Numbered from the stretch's first letter, positions 14,641-28,791 are shown. The stretch is 64,000 bases of DNA from Octopus vulgaris (GCA_951406725.2 OX597831.1:5022001-5086000); one strand, 5' to 3'. Notes: generated by a model from the sequence alone, not told the origin. Translations and numbers: made by a program.

Positions 14641-14645
<5 letters not shown>
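14495..14645 (+). mobile_element. SINE family A, diverged 5' half
   Basis: ggcgcaggcgttgctgt...caccttgagcaagtgtcttctac...ggtagacagaaactgaaggaagccc. Confidence 0.75.
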
Positions 14646-14724
<79 letters not shown>

Positions 14725-14836
14725 CTATATATGTATATATATATAGATATATATATATATATAAAGAGATGAAAATGGATAAGGAAATATAATACTAAAA
14801 TATGATTATGTGTATATTTTTATTAATAGTAGTGGA

Positions 14837-14873
<37 letters not shown>

Positions 14874-15076
14874 ACACACACACACACATACTATCAATAT
14901 AAGGATGAAATTTTAATTTTTCAAAAACATTTTATCAGTCGCCAGCATATTAAAATTCCCTTCAAGGTGAAAATATAAACAATTATAAACAATTTTTTTT
15001 TACCTTAATTAAAATTATACATATATATATATGTGTATATATATCTCTATATTTATATATTTCTCTCTCTGTTATA

Positions 15077-15271
15077 TTATCTGTTGAAGATTTAGGCTCG
15101 AAACGTAAACACTTGACTTTCTCACTTTCCCGAGCGTCAGAGTAATACATCTGTTTGTTGTTTACACACCCGTCTTCGTCTTTAAAGACTTTCTCCTTCA
15201 TATCTGTTTGTTGTTTACACCCGTCTTCATCTTTTCTTTTGTTTTGCTTGCTTTTTTGTAAATTCCAACTA

Positions 15272-15272
<1 letters not shown>
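15077..15272 (+). mobile_element. Penelope-like terminal repeat with degenerate hammerhead
   Basis: CTGTTGA-A-GA...GCTC-GAAAC-GTA, followed by sequence homologous to 36655-36745 and to 21492-21550 (minus). Ends in (TA)n. Confidence 0.55.
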
Positions 15273-15338
<66 letters not shown>

Positions 15339-15374
15339 TGTGTGTGCGTGTGTGTGTATACATGGAAGTGTTTT

Positions 15375-15605
15375 TGTCTGTGTCTTTGTGTCTAACCGCT
15401 CACAATCACCTGACGACTGGTATTGGTGTGTTTATGCCCCGTGACATTAGCAGTTCGGCAAACGATACCCGATACAATAACTACCAGACTTTAGAAAAAA
15501 TCAGTACAAGGTGGTGGGGAGACAGTTCGATTTTTTTTGTCTACAAATCTTTCAAACCAGTGTTCTAGCATGGCCGTAGTCAAATAACTGCTACAAGTAC
15601 AAGAT
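15375..15605 (+). mobile_element. SINE family A, diverged 3' half
   Basis: ggtgtgtttatgccccgtgacattagcagttcggcaaa...agcatggccgtagtcaaataactg. Confidence 0.7.
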
Positions 15606-16281
15606 AGAAGCTAACAATTTGCAGTTTACACCCAGGGATTGCCGCTTAAAACATAGAGTTCAAACATTTAATCATCTTTGAATCTGGTGAAGGTTATTGG
15701 TTTCCCATAATGCACTATCGTACCCTAAACTTTATGCCTGGGTATCATGCAATGAGTCACATCACCTCGGGTGTGATTACATTGTTTTCGTTAATTAGAT
15801 GCCTAATTAAGATACAATAAATATCATCCACATTGAAGACAAAAAAATTTTCCATGGAGTTAAAAACAATAACCCTTGGATGGATACCAGTAATTAGCAA
15901 TGTATAAAGGTCAGTGGGCAAAGGGCAGGTTACATTTCTTTTGTGTGATTGTAATAAGGGCGTGTGAAATAGTACATCGGTAATATATAAATATATATAT
16001 ATGTATGTCTGTGTGTGCATATATATTTGTATATATAAGTTTGTATTTTTTTACACATACATATGAGTATATATATATGTATGTATATGTATATAGCATA
16101 CGTATATGCATATAACAGTATATCCGCATTGGGTATATTTGACAAAAATCGTCATTTTATGAGAGACATGCAAACGCATGTATACCTAGGTGGAGTTATG
16201 TCAATATAGATTTAATAGAATAAATATATATGAATACATATGTGTGTATCTCTTTCTCCCCCTCTCTCTCTCTCACTCTCA

Positions 16282-16335
<54 letters not shown>

Positions 16336-16345
16336 ATATATATAT

Positions 16346-16383
<38 letters not shown>

Positions 16384-16469
16384 TGAGACAGAGACAGAGA
16401 CTGACGACAGACAGAGATTTAAAAATATATATACATATATATATACATGCTTATATATATATTTATATG

Positions 16470-16528
<59 letters not shown>

Positions 16529-16763
16529 GTATGTATATGTATATGTATATATATATGTATATATATATATATATGTATGTATGTATATACATACATATAT
16601 ATACATATATATTTATATACATACATATAAATGTTTCTCTTTCTCTCTATATATCATATATGTATATTTATAGATATATATATATATAAATATATATATC
16701 TATATATATAAATATATACATATACGTACGTATATACAAACACATATGGATATACACATATGA

Positions 16764-16837
<74 letters not shown>

Positions 16838-16983
16838 ATTTGATATATATACGTATATATGTATATACATATATATATATGTATATATATGTATATGCTT
16901 AAATCTGCTTATACATATATATATACTTATACACACATATATATATACATACAGATAGACCTATATACATACATTTATATGTA

Positions 16984-17036
<53 letters not shown>

Positions 17037-17339
17037 ATATGTATAGTACGTATATACAACAGCACTACAATAAATACGTATATATGTGTGTCTGTGTGTG
17101 TGTGTGTATACGAGGGGCGTATGAAAAATATATGCATATATTTACGTATGTGTACTTATGATGAAATATATATGTACTATACATATTTATGTAAATATAT
17201 GTAGCTGTGTGTATATTTCTATACGTACGTACACACGCACACACACCCACACACAAACACACACGCATACACACACGCATTCGCATACACACATATTTGC
17301 TCACATTGTGTCATATATCAGCCAGCCACAGGTTAAAGA

Positions 17340-17657
17340 CATCCCATAATGCCATGGTAATTGGATGTCACAGGGACGTCAGAAGACTCTTACGGAGATT
17401 TGTTCTGCTATCAATTTATAATTGGAAACCTGTTAAGTCATTAGTTTCTTATGATTATTAATGCAAACTTCAAAGAGTTAAAAGTGGGCGGGGTCAAGTG
17501 CAGGGTCAATTAAACATAATTGTTTGTTAATTAAGTTTTACTTAGTCCTTTACTAAACTGAAAGCGGCTCTTGTTTGCATATCTGAATTAATATGCAAAT
17601 CAGTTTAATGTTTCTCATTTTTAATAACCTCAACCAAACTAGTTAATCACTGGCCTG

Positions 17658-17660
<3 letters not shown>
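17340..17660. promoter_or_regulatory. Candidate cis-regulatory module
   Basis: Unique island between microsatellites with TAATTGG x2, TTCAAAG, TCAAGTG, TTAATTAA and an inverted pair of octamer-like sites. Motif evidence only. Confidence 0.45.
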
Positions 17661-17723
<63 letters not shown>

Positions 17724-18334
17724 TGTTCGAATATACATATATAATTACACGCTCACACACACACACATATATATATACATAGAGAAAGAGAGAGAGAGAA
17801 TTAATAGACATATATATATATATTTATCTATACATGGATGTATATATGTATATGGGTGTGTTGCTGTGTGTGTATAAATACATATATATATAAATACAGA
17901 CACACACAAATACACTCACACACAAACACTCATACATATATGATCGTGTATGCATGTGTGTGTATATAAATGCAAGATTCCATATATTTATTTATGTCTA
18001 CATACATACATATATTTGTATACATTCACATACATCTAATGTATATATGTTTATACTTATGTATGAAATATTTGATACAATATTTAAACATGTCATACTT
18101 CATATAAATGCATATATACTATATATATACTTATGTATTAACTATATCATGTATTGTAAATGCAATATATGTAATATACATATGTATGCATACGTATGTA
18201 TATATGCATATGTGCATATGTATATATGTCTGTGCGGATGAGGCCATATATATATATATACACAGTTCAACTATATAAATACTTCAAATAGAAACACACC
18301 AGCTAACACCATATGTATATATATACATTGTTAT

Positions 18335-18336
<2 letters not shown>

Positions 18337-18374
<38 letters not shown>

Positions 18375-18377
18375 GAA

Positions 18378-18408
<31 letters not shown>

Positions 18409-18490
18409 AAGAAGAAGAAGAAGAAGAAGAAGAAGAAGAAGAAGAAGAAGAAGAAGAAGAAGAAGAAGAAGAAGAAGAAGAAGAAGAAGA
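18337..18490. repeat. Compound (AAT)n(AAG)n microsatellite
   Basis: Directly visible. Source of the poly-N/poly-K ORF. Confidence 0.95.
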
Positions 18491-18491
18491 G

Positions 18492-19108
18492 AGTTTATTG
18501 ACCCGGACCTATCAAGTCAGTGTGATGAAAAATGGTGTGGACCAAAAGTGCTCATACTTAATCTCTGGGTGTAAGGACCACCTAATCCCTAGGATGTAAA
18601 GGTTTAGCACCTGTAGAGTACAAATTAAGACATGGCAGAGTTAGCCAATATCTACATTGGATAATGTGTCGGCATTTTAAAATCAAAATTGCTGACAAAT
18701 GGTACAAGCACCACACTGAGGCTGTAACTGAGGGAGAAAATATAACTATTTTTTGGCACTTCCCAGTATGTAGACAGGGCCATCAAAGCTAATAAATCAG
18801 ATATTGTTGTTATGACAGACCAAAACAATAAAGTCTGTTTATTGATTGACATGAGCATATCCTGTGACCATAATATCTCGGTAAAAGAATTTGAGAAGCT
18901 CAGAAAATATAAAGATTTGCTAATCGAAACCGAAAAGATGTGGCATCTCAAGATGGTTACAATACCAATGATTGTAGGAGCAATTGTAATGATCAAAAAG
19001 AGGAACTGAAAATCATTTAAGAATGATCTCTGGCTTACCATCCATGCAGGAAGTGCAAAAGGTTGTCTTAACTGGTACGTCACACGTATTGGGAAGAGTG
19101 TCGGTGTG
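18492..19108 (+). mobile_element. Decayed R4/Dong-type non-LTR retrotransposon, zinc knuckle and restriction-like endonuclease region
   Basis: Frameshifted translation SLLTRTYQ...KC...GCKGLAPVEYKLRH...WYKH...KANKSDIVV...LLIDM...EKLRKYKDL...IPMIVGA...QKVVLTGTSHVL. The motif order (RH, PD-like, ID, K..KY) fits the R2-group REL endonuclease. Confidence 0.8.
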
Positions 19109-19187
19109 AATTTTCTTTCGTTTTCCCCCCTTTATTTGTTTACGTTTCTATATCTTTATTACTTCTCTCTGTCTTCCTCTTTTTCTC

Positions 19188-19362
19188 TAGTGCGCTGGAC
19201 GAAATGCTTAGCGGTATTTCGCCCATCGCTACATTCTGGGTTCAAACCCCCGCCGAGGTCGACTCTGCCTTTTAAACTTTCGGGGTCGACAAAATAAATA
19301 CCAGTGAAACACTATCTCGATGGAATTGACTAATTCCCTCCCCACAAATTGCTGTCCTTGTG
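19188..19362 (+). mobile_element. SINE family B
   Basis: gaaatgcttagcggtatttcg...gccgaggtcgact...cggggtcgac. Confidence 0.8.
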
Positions 19363-19363
19363 A

Positions 19364-19443
<80 letters not shown>

Positions 19444-19459
19444 ATAATTAATAATATTT

Positions 19460-19657
19460 TCTAGTATAGATACAAGGTCAGAAATTTGTGGGGAGGGAGA
19501 TAGTCGATTACATCGACCCCATTACTCAACTGGTACTTAATTTATCGACCCCGAAAGGATAAACGGTAAAGACGACCCAGCGGGATTTGAACTCAGAACG
19601 TAGCGACGGGCGAAATACCGTTAAGCATTTCGTCCAATTTTGCCAGCTCGCAGCCTT
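19460..19657 (-). mobile_element. SINE family B
   Basis: Reverse complement of the family B consensus, ending gccagctcgcagcc. Confidence 0.8.
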
Positions 19658-19660
19658 TAC

Positions 19661-19750
<90 letters not shown>

Positions 19751-20034
19751 GCGTCTCTAAAAGAAATGGAGAAACTTTCAAAATACAAAGACCTGGAAAT
19801 AGAGGTAACCAGAATGTGGAATCTAAAAACAGAAACAATTCCTATCATAGTAGGTCCATTAGGCATGATAAAAAAATATTCAGACAAATACATAACAAAA
19901 ACATCAGGACTTACAAAACATATAACATACAGAAAATTGCACTACTAGGCACTGCACACATCCTACGCAGAACACTTTCCATACAATAACCATCAGAGCA
20001 TCACAACAAATCACAGCACAAACCCAAGGCACAC
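19751..20034 (+). mobile_element. 5'-truncated Dong/R4-like retrotransposon inside an (AAT)n tract
   Basis: SLKEMEKLSKYKDLEIEVTRMWNLKTETIPIIVGPLGMIKK...IQKIALLGTAHILRRTL, plus a short 3' UTR. (AAT)n on both sides. Confidence 0.85.
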
Positions 20035-20045
20035 AATAATAACAA

Positions 20046-20138
<93 letters not shown>

Positions 20139-20685
20139 CAAGGACAACAACAGCAATGTTTGAAAGGGAACATTAGCCCAAAGTATTTTTATTTCATTTG
20201 GCATTCACTGTAAAATTTTAGTAAAGAATTGGTGAAAAAAGTGCTAGATGGTGCATGGCAGGGAAATGAAAGAAAAACCATTTATGTTTGAGGGAGAGAA
20301 AGGAACAGAAATTGGATAAAAAAAATAGTGAAAGATTCACAGAAATGTAGAAGAAAATTTAAAACAAAAGAAGCTGAAAAATATGCAGGCAATATGGCGG
20401 AATTTGTGCAAATTTTCATTTATCTAAAGTAGATTGTTGCAGGCTGAACTCTGTGCGTGTTGCTTTTTGTTTTTGTTACAATGTGTGCACATGCGCACAC
20501 AGAAACACGCGTGCGTGCGTCCACACACATGTACAGACTCTCACACACACACACATACACACACACACACATACACACACACGCATACACACACACAAGC
20601 AAATATACATATTTGTGCATATATTTGTATTCGTATCTTTAAGCGTATGTGTGTGTGTTTTGTGTGTATATGTGTGCTTGTGTGT

Positions 20686-20760
<75 letters not shown>

Positions 20761-20988
20761 TGTGTGTGTGTGCTTGTATTTAATTTTATATATTAGGAGT
20801 CTAATCTGTAAAAAAATGTATTGTAACATCAGAAATCGAGACAAACAGACAGACACTGTAATTGTTGAGATGTGGATTGTATAAGCTAAAGATGTTATGT
20901 GCGCGTGTGCATGTGTGCGCATGCGTGTGTGTGTGCATGTGTATGTGTGTGTGTGTGCAACGTGCGTGATTTGTTCTATACATGTCTA

Positions 20989-21026
<38 letters not shown>

Positions 21027-21438
21027 TTGTGTGTGTGTTTGTTTATGCGTATTTAACAAATGTAAGAAGGATGTAATATAAAAAAAAATACAAAAAATCT
21101 GGCGGTAGACAAAAAAAAAAGTTTCAAGAAATGAAAGAACAGAAAAAAATATGTGAAGTTATTATTAATAACGAGAGGGGAGAGAAAGAGACAGAGAGAA
21201 AAGGGCGGAAGGAAGGAAGGAAGGAAAGAAGGAAGAAAGGAAGGAAGGAAAGAGGAAAAAGGAAAGAATCTGAAATGAAAGGTAAACAATAGAACATTTG
21301 TAAATGGGATGAATTAGAAAGAAATGAAAATTGTAGGTAGGTAGGTAGGGAAGGAGAGGGAAGGAGGCGAGGGGCGTTGGAAGACAAGAAAAGGAAAAGG
21401 TGAATGAAGGAAGCGGAGATGAAGAGCTTTGTGAAGGA

Positions 21439-21494
<56 letters not shown>

Positions 21495-21558
21495 GTTGGA
21501 ATTTACAAAAAACAAACAAAACAAAAGACGGAGACGGGTGTGTAAACAATATATATAC

Positions 21559-21682
<124 letters not shown>

Positions 21683-21747
21683 GTATACATACATTGACAC
21701 ATATCTATATAGATGTGTACATATACATATATATATATATATGTATA

Positions 21748-21788
<41 letters not shown>

Positions 21789-21951
21789 AGGCGCAGGAGT
21801 GGCTGTGTGGTAAGTAGCTTGTTTACCAACCACATGGTTCCGTTTTCAATCCCACTGCGTGGCACCTTGGGCATGTGTCTTCTACTATAGCCTCGGGCCG
21901 ACCAAAACCTTGTGAGTGGATTTGGTAGACGGAAACTGAAAGAAGCCCGTC

Positions 21952-21989
<38 letters not shown>

Positions 21990-22030
21990 CATTTGTGTGT
22001 TTGTGTGAGTGTGTTTGTCCCCCTAGCATA
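21789..22030 (+). mobile_element. SINE family A, 5' half and start of 3' half
   Basis: Near-identical to the head at 2714. Confidence 0.85.
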
Positions 22031-22439
22031 GCCAATGGAAAAGTAATTATGCAATCAAGTTCATTAGCTCACAGTTGTTTCTGCTACATGTAAAGAAGTA
22101 AAGAAGCAATACACTTAGAGCTAGGTGCTTGAGCCACATCTTATAGTTTCCCCGGAGTTATTACATTAAAGGAGAACATTCATGCGTGTGTTTGTATCTG
22201 CGTTTGTATGTATCTGCAGTAATATGTTATTTGCTAGGTATGTATGACATACAATCACACACGAGATCTCTATGGTGAATTTGAACTACAATCTCTATGC
22301 AATCACTTTTGTAGACTATTTAGCCATTTTATTTCTTCTATCACGTGATGATATCTATCATCATTTTCTAATATAATGGAATTGTGGGATTGATCGAATC
22401 CATCAGCCGCACATTACTGGTGTGGAAACGAACTAATGA

Positions 22440-22850
22440 AAGAGGCTTTATAAGATCACTAGACTTTCTAAAAACAATAACCAAATCTCTTTCTAATCAC
22501 TACCATCTTATCAAAATGATTGATCACATTGTAAAATCTTTGTAAAATAGACAGAAAAGTCGAAGCCGGAACAGCTTTGATCCTATAATTGTTTAAACAA
22601 GTTTGATTTGCCGCTAAACACCAATAATAACTATTTATTTTATCAACGCCCCTATATAGATAATTGTTACTGAATTTATCGACATGAAATTAAGCAGGTG
22701 AGCCTTTATGTGGTCACTCGATCTGCTAGAAACAGTAGCCAAATCTTCCTCAAATCTAGTCCTACCATCTTCAAGAAGGGCCCATTAGATTATGTTATAT
22801 AATTTTAAGGCTATATATTTTGGAAGAAAGGTTCAAATGACCGCAATATT
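22440..22850 (+). mobile_element. Old unclassified interspersed repeat, two degenerate copies
   Basis: A motif like ctgctagaaa..agccaaatct..ctcaaatc..cctaccatctt recurs at about 22460 and 22720, and more weakly at 27345 and 33115. Confidence 0.4.
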
Positions 22851-23229
22851 TTTCTGATACTTTCGTTTTCGAGCTCGGATATTAAACTAGATTTCAGAGG
22901 ATTCGAACTCAAAGCATGAATAGACATAATTAAGCACCACAAGGTATTTTGCCCTTCGTTCTACAGATTGTGCTCATCTAATATTTGGCTTTCCAGTCGA
23001 ATACAAATTTTCTTACTTAGACACAAGACCAGAACTTAGCTAGTGGGCGAAGGGGACCTTCCCCCACCATATGGAACTTATGAACACTGCAAGAATGAAT
23101 GGATAGATTGACTTCATTGTGATTTGAACTCAGGACCATAACAGAATGCTACAACGTATATTTTTCTTGCTGCCCTTTGTATCCAAAACATGGCCGCTCT
23201 TAACGTCTGCTATTAATGAAATATTTCCT

Positions 23230-24127
23230 TCTATAAGCATAAGGCCTGAAATTTTGAAGAAAGTTCTAGTTGATTACATCGAATCCAGTGCTCAACGAGT
23301 TCTTTATTTTATCGACCCCCATCGAAGGATAAACAGCAAAATAGACCTGCGATGGAATTTGAACTCAGAGCGTAAAGCCGGAACTAAAAGCGCGAAGCAT
23401 TTTGTTCTGTGTAGTAATGTTTCTTATTTCTTTATTGCCCACAAGGGGCTAAACATAGAGGGGGACAAACAAGGACAGACAAACGGATTAAGTCGATTAT
23501 ATCAACCCCAGTGCGTAACTGGTACTTAATTTATCGACCCCGAAAGGATGAAAGGCAAAGTCGACCTTGGCGGAATTTGAACTCAGAACATAAAGACAGA
23601 TGAAATACTGCTAATCATCTCACCCAGCGTGCTAACGTTTCTTATTTCTTTATTGCCCACAGGGGGCTAAACATAGAAGGGACAAACAAGGATAGACAAA
23701 CGGATTAAGTCGATTATATCGACACCAGTGCGTAACTGGTACTTATTTAATCGCCCCCAGTGCGTAACTGGTACTTAATTTATCGACCCCGAAAGGATGA
23801 AAGGCAAAGTCGACCTTGGCGGAATTTGAACTCAGAACGTAAAGACAGATGAAATACTGCTAATCATCTCACCCGGCGTGCTAATGTTTCTTATTTCTTT
23901 ATTGCCCACAGGGGGCTAAACATAGAGGGGACAAACACGGACAGACAAACGGATTAAGTCGATTATATCGACCCCAGTGCGTAACTGGTACTTATTTAAT
24001 CGTCCCCATTGCGTAACTGGTACCTATTTAATCGACCCAGAAAGGATGAAAGGCAAAGTCGACCTTGGCGGAATTTGAACTCAGAACATAAAGACAGATG
24101 AAATATTGCTAAGCATCTCACCCGTCG
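23230..24127 (-). mobile_element. SINE family B head-to-tail concatemer (three young units plus one older unit)
   Basis: Units start near 23420, 23638 and 23887 with no spacer DNA. Confidence 0.9.
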
Positions 24128-24273
24128 TAGAGAAATACACATTGGCTAATGTGCCCTGAACTTCTGTAGATAACAAAAAGTGTTACGGCTGAAAACCATT
24201 TGATTACATGCCTACTGAATTAGTGCAAGCATGGGCCTAAAATACTATTACTAAAATACTACTACTTAAATAT

Positions 24274-24341
<68 letters not shown>

Positions 24342-24555
24342 ATATTACAACGACTACTACTACTGTTATGAACCATTTAACCCGGCTCTGCCACTCCATC
24401 CCCGCCCACACTTTGAATATTTTACTGAAAAAAAAATCAAGAAAGAAAGTAAAAAAGCACTGAATCTTTCCACCATTAATAAATATTTTGGTAAAACATC
24501 GACGGAATATATTGACAAAATATATTTTGCTCTACTCTCTCGCGCTCTCTCTTTC

Positions 24556-24594
<39 letters not shown>

Positions 24595-24951
24595 ATATAT
24601 ATATATACACACACTCATACATAGAGAAAAAGGTTCTTTTTCTTCTCCATGTTGTCTTCTCCTCTTCCTCCTCCTCTTCTTCCTTCTGCATTTCTGTCTT
24701 CATCTTCACTGTCTTTCCCCCTCTTCTTCATTTTCATCCTCATCTAGCCAACAGTTAAAATATATCTCGCTGTTGATAGCTTTTCAAATAAAACTGTTGA
24801 AATTCCTTTTGACCTTTCACGAGCGAAACCATCTTCCAGAAGTTTTCGAATAATTAAATTTTGATATTTGTACATTAAACATGGCTGCTTTGAGATGTTT
24901 GACAGAAGAACTGGCCTGGGGTGAACTGTGGCAGTGTGTGTGTGTGTGAGT

Positions 24952-25003
<52 letters not shown>

Positions 25004-25074
25004 AAGTATGTGTTTGAATGCATAGGAAGGCAGAAAGTAGATGAAATGTTATACACATACATGCGTGTATATGC

Positions 25075-25105
<31 letters not shown>

Positions 25106-25166
25106 CAAGCACACTCAATATTTATTTAAAAACATATGTATGCATATATCTGCACGTGTGTATATA

Positions 25167-25230
<64 letters not shown>

Positions 25231-25327
25231 ATGCATGTATGTATCTATCTATGTGTCTATCTATGAATGCATCTAACTATAAATGTATGTACGTACATAT
25301 GTGTACGTATATGTGTGTGTATATACT

Positions 25328-25372
<45 letters not shown>

Positions 25373-25381
25373 GTATGTATA

Positions 25382-25470
<89 letters not shown>

Positions 25471-25981
25471 TGTTATATTATATCATATTCTGGTATATAT
25501 TATATTACATGTGTACATGTATGTCGAATTTACAAGGCACAGAAATTTACGTAAGGAAGGGCAGCGGGTGGTGCAGTGACGTGTTCACTTAAGAGGAAGT
25601 CTTAAATAAAGATTGGTGTTTGTCGAAGACAATATGTTACTGCTTCGTAGTTTCTTCTTTATTCATTTTATATGAGCTGTTTGTTGTTGTTGTTGTTCTT
25701 GTTTGTTATTCGTGGCGTTGTCTTTGTTGATAAAGATTTCGTGGTTGAAATCATTGCTGATATCACATTGTTACAGTATTTTCCAGTTGTTATTGTTGTT
25801 GTCGTTGTTGTTGTTATAATATATTTATTGCCTATTTCTGAAGTAAACAATCCAGTTTATTGGAGCAATATTTCCATGTCATTCTGTCTGTTTGTCCCAG
25901 TATATTCTGCCTTTTCTCTTCTCCTCTATCTTTCACTCATTCACTCTCTTAAACATTCAAAGCAGCTCCTTCATTTCTCTA

Positions 25982-26082
<101 letters not shown>

Positions 26083-26221
26083 TCATATATGTATATATAT
26101 GTATATGTATATATGTGTATATATATGTGTATGTATATATATATACATATATATATATACATACATATATATCTGAGTGTATACACTTATGACTGAATAT
26201 ATGCATATATGTACACATGTT

Positions 26222-26302
<81 letters not shown>

Positions 26303-26956
26303 TGAGGGAAGAGAGAGAATGAGAGAAAGAAACATATACACACTACCATATATAAATATGCATTGGAGAAAATTGAAGAACGGGTGCATAACAGGGATTC
26401 TTCATACGCTTAAATTAAACACATTATATATTGTACATTCGGAAATCTAATTATAAACACGCTGTGGATAATTCCAAACTTATTTGACATCAATTTCCTT
26501 TTCAATTGTCATCTTTTATACATAGAAGGTAGATTCGATGTTGTTACAAGATCTGACGAGACGGTGAAACTAACAGTTGTAATACATTTAGTGTTTAAAA
26601 CAGTATTTAAATATATTGAACTATACGGTTATTGCACTTAGTTCTATACAGTTTAGATTATTTCTTTGTGTGTGTGTATTGGCGTATGTTTTTATATGGA
26701 GATGTAGTAAAAACAAATTTACATTAAACTAAAGTATTAATACTTCTCGTGGAATACATGTTTATTACACTTTTACAAGAAAAGAGGCGACAGAGATTTT
26801 GAAGATATTATCCCCGCTCTAATTTTATAAATTTATGCTGTTGTACAGAGAAAGTCGTAACGAATTCTCTATGTATATATCTTCTTGGTTTACTATACAA
26901 TCTTACCTGAGTCAATTAAAAACCTGTCACGGAAATACCTGTGTTTATATATATAT

Positions 26957-27208
26957 AACAGCCTGGGTTTCAAGGGCCCACAGCTATTTAATATTCTCCC
27001 AAAGAGTCTGAGGAACTTGCACAAAGTAGATGTAGGGGTTTTTAAATCGAAGCTGGAGCTCTTCCTGTTGAGAGTCCCAGATGAACCTACCTCACGGCAA
27101 GAGGTGCAAATGGGGGTAGCTACATCAAACTCCATTCTTCACCAAGTGCCACATATTAGCACAAAACGGCGGTGCATCAGCATGGCCGCAGCTCTGAGCT
27201 GAAACTAG

Positions 27209-27211
<3 letters not shown>
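26957..27211 (+). mobile_element. CR1/L2-group LINE 3' end
   Basis: NSLGFKGPQLFNILPKSLRN...FKSKLELFLLRVPDEP resembles an ORF2 C-terminus. Its 3' tail is shared with SINE family A. Confidence 0.75.
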
Positions 27212-27258
<47 letters not shown>

Positions 27259-27817
27259 TCATATAGGCAGCACTTTGCAATGTTTTACCAAAAAGGAAAA
27301 CTGAAATTGTCACTAAATATCACTAGGGTGTTGGAACCACCTACATTGCTAGAAATAAGAGCTAAGATACTCGAATGTTGTAGTCAAAACACAATTGCAT
27401 ACTTATGTACTGACAGGGGCAGTGATCGCCCGAAAACACCGATCGAGAATTCCCTATAATAACCTGTTATTTCCGTTGCCTCATCAGTAAGATGCTTTCA
27501 CTACAGCATTAAAGCATTTTAGCTCTTACTTCTAGAAATGTACGTGTTTCTAACACCCTAGTCATAGTGTTGAACACTTTCGGTATGCAAATTAGGGACC
27601 CCTTCATAGAGTAACTGCTGCATTTGTTAAGTATATAAACAGTTTGACTGATTGTTTCTCTGGTGACTGTCAGAATGATGTAGACGACTTTGATAGGAAC
27701 CCAATAAGGTTCGAAAATCGATTAAGCTTGATAGGTTGTTCATCATTTTTATCAGTCTGCGGAGAATGGCTAAAATTTGGCCTGTTTATAATTATACATA
27801 TACATATACATATTCGG

Positions 27818-28106
27818 AGACCCCCTTCGGTCACGACACAGACCATGGGATTGCACCTAGAAAGTTACCCTCCGGGCGAGGTTGTTTATGGAAGACCAGC
27901 AGTCACCCATGCATACCAGCCTCCACTCTCCACGCCACCAACGTTATCCAAGGGAAACACAAATGTCGATACAGCTTGGCACCTGTGACGTCGCAACTCA
28001 TTTCTACAGCTGAGTGAACTGGAGCAACGTGAAATAAAGTGCGGGATTCGAGCTCACAACCTCACGATCGTAAGCTCGACGCTCTAACCACTGAGCCATG
28101 CGCCTT
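27818..28106 (-). mobile_element. SINE family C with internal deletions
   Basis: Reverse complement of 6988-7315. Confidence 0.85.
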
Positions 28107-28314
28107 CACATATACATATACATACATATATCTATATATATTTGGTCGATGGTGCCTTCAAATCGTGACATTTGATGAAGCAAATGGTCTATTAGATACT
28201 CCAATATATTATGCCATGCATTACATACCGTATGAATTGTCTAACAGCGTATGAGATGTAGAACACAAATATTGTCCGTTTACGGAGACAATTGCAAAAT
28301 CAGTTTGACGTATA

Positions 28315-28556
28315 CTCTTCTACTCTTTTACTTCTTTCAGTCATTTGAATGCGGCCATGCTGGAGCACCGCCTTTAGTCGAGAAAATCGACCCCAGGACT
28401 TATTCTTTGTGAGTCTAGTATTATTCTATCGGTCTCTTTTGCCGAACCGCTAATGTTACGAGGACGTAAACACACCAGCATCGGTTGTCAAGCCTTGTTG
28501 GGAGGACAAACACAAACACACAAACATATACAGTTACATATACACACATGCACACG

Positions 28557-28588
<32 letters not shown>

Positions 28589-28589
28589 C

Positions 28590-28620
<31 letters not shown>

Positions 28621-28791
28621 TATACATATACGGGCTTCCTTCAGTTTCCGTCTACCAAATCCACTCACAAGGCTTTGGTCGGCCTGAGGCTACAATAGAA
28701 GACACTTGACGAAGGGTGCCACGCAGTGGGAGTGAACCCGGAAACATGTGGTTGGTAAGCAAGCTACTTACTCCACAGCCACCCCTGCGCC
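28315..28791 (-). mobile_element. SINE family A, full length
   Basis: Reverse complement of the family A consensus. Confidence 0.9.

Noticed and set aside
26548-26585. CTGACGA...GAAAC motif
   Set aside because: No credible stem II, and stem I is out of register.
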